From assembly GCA_947085185.1 (NCBI GenBank), contig CAMTVK010000006.1:52721-116720 (forward strand): a DNA stretch of 64,000 nt, read 5' to 3'. Below the pieces are notes generated by a model, which saw only the letters and a program-made list of their open reading frames with translations, had not been told where the DNA came from and did no database searches. Every line of letters starts with the position of its first letter. The first letter of the stretch is position 1. Below are positions 19,570-28,602 of this stretch, piece by piece. The position numbers were made by a program, and so were the translations under genes. Source of the DNA: Candidatus Fraserbacteria bacterium. GTDB taxonomy: Bacteria > Bipolaricaulota > Bipolaricaulia > RBG-16-55-9 > DRXL01.

Positions 19570-19630
19570 CGCCTATACCCTCCTCGAGAGCCGAAGCTCG
19601 GCGAGGATGAAGAGTAGGGGGATATGACCG

Positions 19631-20467
19631 ATGAATCCAATCTTCATGGAGATTCCCTTGCCATGGGGGAACACTATTCAGATTCGCTACTACGGCTTGA
19701 TGTACGTCATTGCTATTGTCATTGGGATCTTTCTCACGCGCCGCGAGGCCGCCCGCAAGGGGCTCCCGCTCACCCTCGACGATATTTTGGATTTCGTGCT
19801 TATTACTGTGCCTGTGGCGATCATCGGCGCGCGGCTCTATTACGTCGCCTTCCAATGGTCGAACTTCTTCGTCCCCACTGATCTTCTCAAGACGGTAACG
19901 AATATCATCGCGATTTGGGAGGGCGGCTTAGCTATTCACGGGGGCATCTTGGCAGGGCTGCTGATGCTGTGGGTCTATTGTCGCTGGAAGAACGTCCCTT
20001 TGTGGCAGTTTGCTGATGCTGTCGCGCCCAGTCTGATCTTAGGGCAAGCTCTAGGGCGCTTTGGGAACTTCATGAACGGCGACGCCTACGGGACGCCCAT
20101 CGGGCCGGACTGGCCCTCGTGGCTCGATTGGGTCGGGGTCGTCTATAAAGAGGGCACCCCAGGATTCCAGCAGTTTGGACATATCCCCACCCACCCGACC
20201 ATGCTCTACGAGATGTTCGGCGATCTCATGATATTTGGGGTGCTGATGTGGCTGCGCACCAAGAACTTTCAAGATGGATTCATCGCGTCGCTCTATCTGG
20301 TGCTCTACTCGTTCTTGCGTTTTTGGATGGAGTTTTTGCGGGCAGACGCCCTGTGGCTCATCCCCGACGTGCTGCGGGCGGCTCAGGTCATCAGCGTCAT
20401 CTTGCTCATCATCTTCGGCGGGCTGATCGTGAGAAGGAAGCTCTATCTGCGGAGAATTTATAACTGA
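19631..20467 (+). CDS. lgt: Prolipoprotein diacylglyceryl transferase
   Basis: IRYYGLM, GARLYYV, WEGGLAIHGG, GQALGRFGNFMN, HPTMLYE, RFWMEFLR. Confidence 0.96.
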   Translation: MNPIFMEIPLPWGNTIQIRYYGLMYVIAIVIGIFLTRREAARKGLPLTLDDILDFVLITVPVAIIGARLYYVAFQWSNFFVPTDLLKTVTNIIAIWEGGLAIHGGILAGLLMLWVYCRWKNVPLWQFADAVAPSLILGQALGRFGNFMNGDAYGTPIGPDWPSWLDWVGVVYKEGTPGFQQFGHIPTHPTMLYEMFGDLMIFGVLMWLRTKNFQDGFIASLYLVLYSFLRFWMEFLRADALWLIPDVLRAAQVISVILLIIFGGLIVRRKLYLRRIYN

Positions 20468-21177
20468 AAATGCTCCCCAAGATAGTAGCGTCGCGCCAGC
20501 GGGTGAGCAGCGATCTCATCAGGGCGACCGGCGAGCAGAATCTGCCCTTCGTTCAAGAGATACGCATAATCTGTGACGCGCAGCGTCTCGCGCACATTGT
20601 GATCGGTCACAATGATGCCGATCCCATCCGACGCTAAGGCCCGAATGATCCCTTGGATCTCCGCCACAGAGATCGGATCTATCCCAGAGAACGGTTCATC
20701 TAATAAGAGAAATTTTGGGGAGGTTGCGAGCGCTCGCGCGATCTCGACGCGGCGGCGCTCCCCCGCCGAGAGCGTGTCCACCCGCTGATGCACAAATGGA
20801 TCTAACCCAAGCTTATGGAGAAGCTGCAAGGCCCTCTGGCGGGCGAGCTCCAGCGACGGCTCCCAGCGCTCCAGCACGAGCAAGAGATTTTCCAGCGCGC
20901 TCAACTTGCGAAAGACCGAAGGCTCTTGAGGGAGATAGTGAATCCCCTTGCGCGCTCGAGCATAAAACGGCTCTCGGCCAATGGGTTCGCCGTCTAGGAA
21001 GATCTCCCCGGCCTCGTGAGCAATCAGCCCGGTGATCATATAGAATGTGGTCGTCTTGCCTGCGCCGTTGGCCCCCAGCAATCCTACGACTTTGCCGCTC
21101 TCGATGCGCACGGAGACGCCGTTGACGACGCGACGTCCCCCGTAGCTTTTGACCAGCCCTTCTGTGCTCAGGATCAT
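20458..21177 (-). CDS. lptB: LPS export ABC ATPase
   Basis: GANGAGKTTTFYMI, YLPQEPSVFRKL, ERRRVEIARAL, DEPFSGIDPI, TDHNVRETL. Confidence 0.93.
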   Translation of the reverse strand: MILSTEGLVKSYGGRRVVNGVSVRIESGKVVGLLGANGAGKTTTFYMITGLIAHEAGEIFLDGEPIGREPFYARARKGIHYLPQEPSVFRKLSALENLLLVLERWEPSLELARQRALQLLHKLGLDPFVHQRVDTLSAGERRRVEIARALATSPKFLLLDEPFSGIDPISVAEIQGIIRALASDGIGIIVTDHNVRETLRVTDYAYLLNEGQILLAGRPDEIAAHPLARRYYLGEHFQL

Positions 21178-21770
21178 TCTTGCAACCTACCCCCACCTCC
21201 TTCCCTCAAGAGCAGGGGCTTCTCTCCCACTTTTTGAGGAAAGAGCATGAGCTGTGCTGCGCTTGTGATCGTCGCCAGCCCCGTCTCGGACGAATACTCC
21301 AGCCCTCGGCCCGTCAGCGTGAACCCATCGCGCTCGATACGCACGACCGACGGCGTTGCCAAGATCTTTCTTTGGTTATCCCAGAAGAGATTTTCGGCGG
21401 TGAACGAAAACTCGTTGCCGGTAGCACTTATAGCTCCGAGCAGTTCAAGATCTTGGGTGTGATTGTTCAGCCGAGCCTGGGGAGCGATCACCCTGAGCAC
21501 TTCATGGCCCTCGTTGTCGAAGAAGCGCACGGAGACTCCTTCGGCGATGCTCTCGTCTTCAGCCGTCTGCACTGTGCGGGCCTCCAGCTCCCAGAGTCTC
21601 TTCCCTGAGGCATCGTACTTGACGATATGGGCTTGCTCTGCAGAGATCGCCGGCGCAGAGCTCTCTGCAGGCCACGGCCACAGCCGTGGCGTCGTCACTG
21701 ACCAGAACCACCAATAGAAGAGACCAGCCCCGATCACGAAGAGACCAAGAGCTTGCGCCGCGCGAGACAT
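21174..21770 (-). CDS. lptC: LptC-like periplasmic beta-jellyroll protein
   Basis: One N-terminal TM; G..LWEL.A, AENLFWD, G.GLEY; directly upstream of lptB. Confidence 0.75.
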   Translation of the reverse strand: MSRAAQALGLFVIGAGLFYWWFWSVTTPRLWPWPAESSAPAISAEQAHIVKYDASGKRLWELEARTVQTAEDESIAEGVSVRFFDNEGHEVLRVIAPQARLNNHTQDLELLGAISATGNEFSFTAENLFWDNQRKILATPSVVRIERDGFTLTGRGLEYSSETGLATITSAAQLMLFPQKVGEKPLLLREGGGGRLQE

Positions 21771-23335
21771 GCTTGCACCAACCCCACAAAGAGCGGGCGC
21801 GGCCGCGTCGGCCGCGACTTGAACTCCGGGTGAAACTGCGAGGCGATAAAATACGGGTGCTCCGCAAGCTCGAGAATCTCCATGCGCCGACCGTCAGGCG
21901 ATTTCCCGGAAAACTTGAGCCCCGCGGCTTCCAAGGCCCTAATATATTTGGGGTTGACTTCGTAGCGATGCCGGTGACGCTCCGAGATCTCCAGCGCGCC
22001 ATAGAGCTTATGCGCGAGCGTCCCACGCTCGATGACGACCGGTTGAGCCCCCAGGCGCATCGTTGCGCCCTTCTCCGTAAGAGATCGCTGCTCCGGCATA
22101 AGATCAATCACGGGGTGCTCCGTAGGACCGAACTCGGCGCTATTGGCCTTCTCCAAACCCAGCACATATCGAGCGAATTCGATCACCGCGAGCTGGAAGC
22201 CGTAACAGATCCCCACAAACGGCACGTTCTGCGTGCGGGCGTAGTGAATCGCTCTGATCTTCCCCTCAGCCCCGCGATGCCCAAACCCCACCGGGACAAC
22301 CATCCCGTCTACGCCCTCCATCTGGGATTCAGAGAACCCTTCTGCTTCGATCCACACGACCTCGATCCCTGCGCCCAGCGCCGCGCCGGCATGGGTGAGC
22401 GCCTCCACGTAGCTCACGTAGCTATCGCGTAAATCTGTGTACTTGCCCACGAGCGCGATGCGCACCCGCACCTTGGGGTGGAGCACTGCTTCCGTAAAAT
22501 CCCTCCAGGCGCTCAAATCGGTGCTCGACGAGGGAAGCTTCAAGCGCCGCAACAGCAGATCTGTCAATCCCTGCTCTTCAAACAAGAGCGGGACTTGATA
22601 GATTGAGGGGGCATCGGGCGCACTGATGACCGCTTCAAAGGGCACATCGCAAAAGAGCGCGATCTTCTTGCGAATCCCCTCTGTGAGCGGGATGGTGCTG
22701 CGCCCGATAATGACATCGGGCTGAATCCCAATAGCCCGCAGCTCCTTCACCGAGTGCTGGGTCGGCTTGGTCTTCTGCTCGCCGACCACAGATACGGTGG
22801 GCACGAGCGTCGTGTGCACAAAGACGCACTGATCGTCGCCCAGCTCCTGGTGCATCTGGCGCAGGGCTTCTAAGAAGGGCATGGACTCGATGTCGCCCAC
22901 CGTGCCCCCGACCTCCACCAATACTACGTCGGCCCTGTCTTTTTCAGCCACACGCTTGATGCTCGACTTGATCTCGTCGGTAATATGAGGGATGATCTGC
23001 ACAGTCGCGCCTAGATAATCTCCGCGACGCTCTTTCTCGATTACGCTCTTGTAGATCTTCCCCGTGGTGATGTTGTGATCTTTGGTCAAGTCTCTATCTA
23101 AAAAGCGCTCGTAGCTGCCCAAATCCATGTCGGCCTCACCGCCGTCTTCGAGCACGAAGACCTCCCCGTGTTGATAGGGGTTCATCGTGCCAGCGTCACA
23201 GTTGAGATAGGGGTCTATCTTGATAGCCGTGACGTTGAGGCCGCGCGATTTGAGCAACAACCCGATGGAAGATGACGTGATGCCCTTGCCCAACCCGGAG
23301 AGCACCCCTCCAGTCACAAAAACATATCTGCTCAC
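21734..23335 (-). CDS. pyrG: CTP synthase (archaeal-type signatures)
   Basis: [54 protein letters not shown]; start GTG 23335 or ATG 23365. Confidence 0.97.
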   Translation of the reverse strand: MSRYVFVTGGVLSGLGKGITSSSIGLLLKSRGLNVTAIKIDPYLNCDAGTMNPYQHGEVFVLEDGGEADMDLGSYERFLDRDLTKDHNITTGKIYKSVIEKERRGDYLGATVQIIPHITDEIKSSIKRVAEKDRADVVLVEVGGTVGDIESMPFLEALRQMHQELGDDQCVFVHTTLVPTVSVVGEQKTKPTQHSVKELRAIGIQPDVIIGRSTIPLTEGIRKKIALFCDVPFEAVISAPDAPSIYQVPLLFEEQGLTDLLLRRLKLPSSSTDLSAWRDFTEAVLHPKVRVRIALVGKYTDLRDSYVSYVEALTHAGAALGAGIEVVWIEAEGFSESQMEGVDGMVVPVGFGHRGAEGKIRAIHYARTQNVPFVGICYGFQLAVIEFARYVLGLEKANSAEFGPTEHPVIDLMPEQRSLTEKGATMRLGAQPVVIERGTLAHKLYGALEISERHRHRYEVNPKYIRALEAAGLKFSGKSPDGRRMEILELAEHPYFIASQFHPEFKSRPTRPRPLFVGLVQACLARRKLLVSS

Positions 23336-23463
23336 AGGACACCCCTTGTGATGGGAGACGTTCATGTACGTTCGGGCTCATGTGATTATACCCCGCCCCT
23401 GCAGAGCAAGCAACTGGTGATCTTGCTTTCTTGTGAGAGATGTGTCATAATCTGAGCTACTCT

Positions 23464-24432
23464 ATGAAGGACCGATTTGGCCGAGAGCACAACTACCTGC
23501 GGATTTCGGTCATCGATCGTTGTAACTTGCGTTGTCATTACTGTATGCCCCTCCATGCGCAGTTTTTCAACCCCAAGGACGTACTGTCGTTCGATGAGAT
23601 CATCACCGTTGTTCAAGTCGCTTCTCAGCTGGGGATACGCAGCGTGCGGATCACTGGTGGGGAGCCGTTAGTCCGCCCTAACCTTCCAGAGCTGATCTCT
23701 AGATTAAAGGCCGAGTGCACCGTAGAAGAGATCTCGTGCACGACCAACGGGATGTTGTTAGAACAGTTTGCCAAAGCTTTAAAAGACGCAGGCCTCGACA
23801 GAATCAACGTGAGCATGGACACGCTGCGCCCTGACAGGTTCAGAAAGATCACGCGCTTTGGGAGCTTGGAGAGAGTGTTGAATGGGGTGCGCCGTGCCCT
23901 CGAAGTCGGGCTGACCCCGCTCAAGATCAACGCGGTCATCCTCAAGGGGTTTAACGACGATGAGATCGAAGATCTGTTCAAGCTGACGCTCGCAGAGAAT
24001 GTGACCGTGAGATTTTTAGAGCTCATGCCCATCGGCGAGGCGCTCAGCCTCGACGGGCTGGGGGGCTATCTCAATCTCAGCATGGTGCGGCGTGCGCTCA
24101 CGGAAAAGTATAAGTTAGTGCCCACCGACGAGAGAGGGCGTGGACCGGCGCGCTATTGGAAAGCCCCCGGCGCGCCGGGAAAAGTCGGCTTTATCACCCC
24201 CATCTCAGACAAATATTGCTCGACGTGCAGCCGCATCCGTCTGACGGCCACCGGCGAGATTCGCCCCTGCTTAGCTTACGACGTGCATGTCAACTTAAGG
24301 GACGCCATCCGTCGCAACGACCGAGAGGCCATCGCGGCAGGGATTCAGAGAGCACTCGAGATCAAGCCCGCGGGACACCACTGGGACGAAGGCCAGATCA
24401 CCCATACCATGATGTCGAGTTTGGGAGGGTAG
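23464..24432 (+). CDS. moaA: GTP 3',8-cyclase (radical SAM)
   Basis: DRFGR..YLRIS..RCNLRCHYC, TGGEPL, C..C.R.RLT..G..RPCL, C-terminal GG. Confidence 0.96.
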   Translation: MKDRFGREHNYLRISVIDRCNLRCHYCMPLHAQFFNPKDVLSFDEIITVVQVASQLGIRSVRITGGEPLVRPNLPELISRLKAECTVEEISCTTNGMLLEQFAKALKDAGLDRINVSMDTLRPDRFRKITRFGSLERVLNGVRRALEVGLTPLKINAVILKGFNDDEIEDLFKLTLAENVTVRFLELMPIGEALSLDGLGGYLNLSMVRRALTEKYKLVPTDERGRGPARYWKAPGAPGKVGFITPISDKYCSTCSRIRLTATGEIRPCLAYDVHVNLRDAIRRNDREAIAAGIQRALEIKPAGHHWDEGQITHTMMSSLGG

Positions 24433-24894
24433 ATGATCCCTTGCCTCGCCATCGTAGGCGTCAGCGGCTCCGGCAAGACGACTCTTATGACGGGGCTTAT
24501 CAGGGCTCTCAGGACTCGCGGCTATCGTGTGGGCGCGATCAAACACACCCATCATGACTTTGAGATAGACCATCCCGGCACAGATTCGTGCTCTCTCAAA
24601 GCCGCCGGAGCAAGCACGGTGATGCTCCTAGCGCCGCATAAGCTCGCGCTCGTCCGCGATCTTGCCGGTGAGCTCCCAGAAGAAGAGCTCCTCTCGCGCT
24701 CTTTTTTTGGGGATGTGCAGCTTGTGCTCATAGAGGGCTTGAAGCATTCAGAGCTCCCCAAGATTCTCTTAGTAGAGGACGCTGCGTCGCCCCTAAAAGT
24801 TTCTCACGTCGTAGCGACGGTGCCGGCGCGACGCTTCGGCCCAGATGAGCTCGAGCGTCTTGCCGACTTGATCGAGGAGAAGTTCTTACGATGA
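24433..24894 (+). CDS. mobB: Molybdopterin-guanine dinucleotide biosynthesis protein B
   Basis: GVSGSGKTTL, IKHTHHDFEID.PG.DS, LIEG. Confidence 0.92.
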   Translation: MIPCLAIVGVSGSGKTTLMTGLIRALRTRGYRVGAIKHTHHDFEIDHPGTDSCSLKAAGASTVMLLAPHKLALVRDLAGELPEEELLSRSFFGDVQLVLIEGLKHSELPKILLVEDAASPLKVSHVVATVPARRFGPDELERLADLIEEKFLR

Positions 24895-26129
24895 GGGCTT
24901 TTCACGAAAAGACGCTCGACGAAGCGCTGGCGCTTGCCCTCGCTCACGTCGAGCCCATCACTGAGACAGAGACCATCGCGACGACGGATTCTTTAGGTCG
25001 AGTGCTCGCTGAAGATATTCTCTGCCCCCAGGACGTTCCAGGGTTTGCCCGCTCAGGGATGGACGGCTACGCCATACGCGCCCAGGACACTCAAGGGGCA
25101 AGCCCTGAGCATCCCGTCGCGTTGAAGCTCATCGGCTCGGTCGAGATGGGCCAGGACCCACGCGCGCTGCCCTGTGTCCACGAAGGGGAAGCGTGCGAGA
25201 TCCCCACAGGTGGCCCTCTGCCCCCAGGCGCTGATGCCGTGGCCATGCTCGAAGAAGCAGAGCGTCTCGATCACGCACTTATACGGCTCGTTGCGGAAGT
25301 ATCTCCGGGGGCGCATGTCATGGCGGCGGATTCTGATTTCCGGCATGGCGAGCTCATCTTCAAGAAGGGGCACAAGGTGCGCGCGGTAGACGTGGGGGCT
25401 TTGTTAGCAATGGGCATACTCTCAGTGAGAGTCTATCGGCGCGTGCAAGTCGGGATTCTCAGCACCGGCGACGAGCTTGTTGAGCCTGATCGGCCGCTTC
25501 GCCCAGGACAGATCCGCGAGATTAATTCGCATATTTTAAGGAGCTTGCTTGAATCCCAGGGGGCTCAGAGCAGGGTTTTGGGGATTGTGCCCGATGAGCG
25601 CGAACGCCTTCGCACGACGGTGCAACGCGCCGTGAACGACTCAGACATGGTGTTGATATCCGGGGGCTCGTCGGTGGGGAGACAGGACTGGACTTTTACG
25701 ATTCTCGACGAGCTAGGAGAGGTCCTCGTGCACGGGTTGCAGATCAAGCCCGGCAAGCCCACGATCTTCGCCGTGATCGAGAAGAGCCCCATAATTGGGC
25801 TGCCAGGGAATCCCGTCTCGTGTGTGATAGTCTTTGAGAAATTTGTGCGCCCTCTGCTGGCGCGGCGCAGCGGGCTCACAGTCTTGTTGCCGGCGCACAA
25901 GTTAGCCTCAGCGCACCTGACGCACACGGTGCGTTCGGTCGTGGGCAGAGAAGACTTTGTCGCAATACGCTTGAGGCTGGACCAAGCGCGTGGGATGCTC
26001 TATGCGGAGCCCCTGTGGGGGCATTCGAGCGCGATTGCGACGCTGGCGCGGGCCGACGGGATTCTCCGCGTTCCCCCGGAGCTCGAAGAGATCCCCCAGG
26101 GCGCGCACGTCTGGGTGGAGCTGCTATGA
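24891..26129 (+). CDS. moeA: Molybdopterin molybdo/tungstotransferase, copy 1
   Basis: GRVLAED, SGMDGYA, STGDEL, SGGSSVG, KPGKP, GLPGNP. Confidence 0.93.
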   Translation: MRAFHEKTLDEALALALAHVEPITETETIATTDSLGRVLAEDILCPQDVPGFARSGMDGYAIRAQDTQGASPEHPVALKLIGSVEMGQDPRALPCVHEGEACEIPTGGPLPPGADAVAMLEEAERLDHALIRLVAEVSPGAHVMAADSDFRHGELIFKKGHKVRAVDVGALLAMGILSVRVYRRVQVGILSTGDELVEPDRPLRPGQIREINSHILRSLLESQGAQSRVLGIVPDERERLRTTVQRAVNDSDMVLISGGSSVGRQDWTFTILDELGEVLVHGLQIKPGKPTIFAVIEKSPIIGLPGNPVSCVIVFEKFVRPLLARRSGLTVLLPAHKLASAHLTHTVRSVVGREDFVAIRLRLDQARGMLYAEPLWGHSSAIATLARADGILRVPPELEEIPQGAHVWVELL

Positions 26130-27322
26130 AGCCAACGAGAGCGCAGTTCCAAGCTGTCGCTTTGGAAGAGGCCCGACGCATCTTCTTTGCCAAGCTCACA
26201 GGGTTTTTTCAAGCTCTCGAAGAAGAGATCAAGACGACAGAAGCCCTGGGGCGTATCACGAGCCGTGCTGTCTTCGCTCAGCGCGATCTGCCACACTATG
26301 CGAGTGCGGCCATGGATGGGATCGCCGTCAAAGCCGAGCAGACGCACCGCGCGAGCCCCCAACACCCCGTGCGACTCACGCGCACAACCGACTTTGAATA
26401 CGTGGACACAGGCGACCCTATCCCTGAGAGATTCGATGCTGTTATCAAGATCGAAGACGTCCGCGAGCTCGATGCCACCACAGTAGAGATCTCTAAGCCC
26501 ATCCCCCAAGGGAAGCATATACGCTCCGTCGGCGAAGATTTTAGGCGCGGGGCTCAGATCGTGCCCAAAGACTGTGAGCTTACCCCTGAAGCTCTCGCAG
26601 CGCTGCTGGGCACGGGAAATCTCACCGTATGGGTGAAGCGTCGCCCCAAGATTGCGTTCATTCCGACGGGATCGGAGCTGATCCCACCAGAAGTACAGCC
26701 CTCAGTGGGGCAGATCGTCGAGACGAACTCTCAGATAGTGAAGGGGTATACCGAGCGCTGGGGTGCAATAGCTCAGATTTACTCTCTTGTGCCCAGTGAC
26801 CCGGAGTGCATCCGCAGCGCCGTAAGAGAATCTCTAGCCCAGCACGACCTCATCTTGATAGGAGCGGGGACGAGCAAGGGGCGCGGAGACTTTGTGAGCG
26901 ACGTTGTGGAGGGCCTTGGAGAGGTGCTCGTGCATGGGATCGCGTACCATCCGGGGCATCCGGTCTTGTTGGGGGTTATCGAGGGCAGGCCCGTCATCGG
27001 GTTGCCAGGGTATCCGGTGGCGACGTGGCTGGCGCTCCATCTCCTTGTCAAGCCTCTGCTAGAGCGCTATTATTTTGGCCGTGAGCGCGAACTTTCGAAA
27101 GTCCAAGCCAAGCTCACCAAGCCCATTCAGTCTCTGAGGGGCTATCGGGAGTTCGTGCGCGCGAAACTCGAGCGTGCTCCAGACGGCTCGTATTGTGTGT
27201 ATCCCCTCCAAGGGGGCGCAAGCAAGCTCTCGACGATCATAGGAGCCGACGGATGGATCGAAGTTCCAGAGGAGCTAGAAAGTCTTCCCAAGGACGAGAT
27301 GGTCACCGTCACGGTGCTATGA
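26126..27322 (+). CDS. moeA: Molybdopterin molybdo/tungstotransferase, copy 2
   Basis: AAMDGIAV, VDTGDP, PTGSEL, GAGTSKG, HPGHP, GLPGYP. Confidence 0.9.
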   Translation: MKPTRAQFQAVALEEARRIFFAKLTGFFQALEEEIKTTEALGRITSRAVFAQRDLPHYASAAMDGIAVKAEQTHRASPQHPVRLTRTTDFEYVDTGDPIPERFDAVIKIEDVRELDATTVEISKPIPQGKHIRSVGEDFRRGAQIVPKDCELTPEALAALLGTGNLTVWVKRRPKIAFIPTGSELIPPEVQPSVGQIVETNSQIVKGYTERWGAIAQIYSLVPSDPECIRSAVRESLAQHDLILIGAGTSKGRGDFVSDVVEGLGEVLVHGIAYHPGHPVLLGVIEGRPVIGLPGYPVATWLALHLLVKPLLERYYFGRERELSKVQAKLTKPIQSLRGYREFVRAKLERAPDGSYCVYPLQGGASKLSTIIGADGWIEVPEELESLPKDEMVTVTVL

Positions 27323-27813
27323 AGAAGCTTGCGCATCTGGACGCGCAAGGTCGTGCGCGCATGGTGGACGTCAGCGCTAAACCCGCCACCAAGCGCGTCG
27401 CCATTGCTTACGGCGCGATCTCTATGTCTCCCAAGACGCTGCAGCTCATTGTCTCTGAAAGAGTGGCCAAGGGCGACGTTCTCACAGTGGCCAAGATTGC
27501 AGGGATTACTGGGGCGAAGAGGACAGCAGAGTTGATCCCCCTCTGTCATCCCATCCCGCTCGATTCCATAGATGTAGAATTTCAGGCCGACCTTCAAGAG
27601 GGCCGGCTCACCGTGACCGCGACAGCCACCAGCACGAGCAAGACCGGTGTGGAGATGGAGGCGCTGACGGCCTGCGCTGTGGCTTTGCTTACGATCTACG
27701 ATATGTGTAAGTCTGCCGAACGCGGCATGACCATCGAAAAGATTTTTTTGGTGGAGAAGCGTGGCGGGCGCTCCGGCGTGTGGAAACGCCCGGGCTTTCG
27801 CAATAAGACTTGA
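27319..27813 (+). CDS. moaC: Cyclic pyranopterin monophosphate synthase
   Basis: HLD..G.ARMVDVSAK, LIPLCHP, TGVEMEAL, YDMCK. Confidence 0.96.
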   Translation: MKKLAHLDAQGRARMVDVSAKPATKRVAIAYGAISMSPKTLQLIVSERVAKGDVLTVAKIAGITGAKRTAELIPLCHPIPLDSIDVEFQADLQEGRLTVTATATSTSKTGVEMEALTACAVALLTIYDMCKSAERGMTIEKIFLVEKRGGRSGVWKRPGFRNKT

Positions 27814-27843
27814 AAGCTGAGAGGGAGGCACTGAAAAATTGGG

Positions 27844-28419
27844 TTATGGCTGGGGCTCGGCCGCTGGCAACACCGCCTCCAGCCAGCCGATCCCGCGGAG
27901 CTCTTCTGTGATCGTCAGCACGCGCTCGCGGCTCTCAAGAATGCGCTCGAGAAACCTCCGCAGGAGCGGCCGCACTTCTTCTGGATCGCCAGAAGTCGAA
28001 AATTGCAGGGCAAGCGAGGCATTCATCTTGACGCCGCCCACCTCTTTGAAGAGTCTTTCTAAAAGACTGCAAAGCCGCTCGTGCTCGGCGCGATTCGAAG
28101 CGTTAGGCCGCAGCCGCCCTGACTGACAGATCCGCCCTCGATAATCTGCGAAAAGGTGCTCGTACTGCTCGGCGAGCTCGAATGCGAACGCGAAGTTCTC
28201 TTTGCGCAGGCAGATGGCTTCATCGCGGCAGTTGAGGTCCTCTTTTAGGCCCCGCAAAAGAAAGGCCAAGCCGGGGTCGAGAGTCCCTGGTTGTCCTCGC
28301 AGAACTTGTAAAACGCCCTCGCGATACGCCGCGGTAGAAAAAAAGGCCCCGCGTGTTAGCCACAGCCCTAAACCCATTAATATGACTAAAATCAGCAGCC
28401 ACCACCAACTCCTTCGCAT
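27844..28419 (-). CDS. Hypothetical protein with N-terminal TM/signal
   Basis: SD GGGAGG; hydrophobic N-terminus; fills the gap. Confidence 0.6.
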   Translation of the reverse strand: MRRSWWWLLILVILMGLGLWLTRGAFFSTAAYREGVLQVLRGQPGTLDPGLAFLLRGLKEDLNCRDEAICLRKENFAFAFELAEQYEHLFADYRGRICQSGRLRPNASNRAEHERLCSLLERLFKEVGGVKMNASLALQFSTSGDPEEVRPLLRRFLERILESRERVLTITEELRGIGWLEAVLPAAEPQP

Positions 28420-28431
28420 AAGGCCCTCCCC

Positions 28432-28460
28432 TTGACAAACTTCCTCATTCGCTGTATAGT
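28432..28460 (+). promoter_or_regulatory. Near-consensus sigma70 promoter
   Basis: TTGACA-17bp-TATAGT. Confidence 0.8.
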
Positions 28461-28602
28461 AATCTTAACCAAAAAGAGGTCCTAACTCAACGCAGCCATC
28501 GCGAAAGGGAGGTGATGTTATCCGCAAGATCAGCTGAGTGCAAGTGCGGCGGAGCCGGTTGCAGGTGTAAAGCGTAATTCTCTACAAAAGGAGGTAGGGG
28601 GA

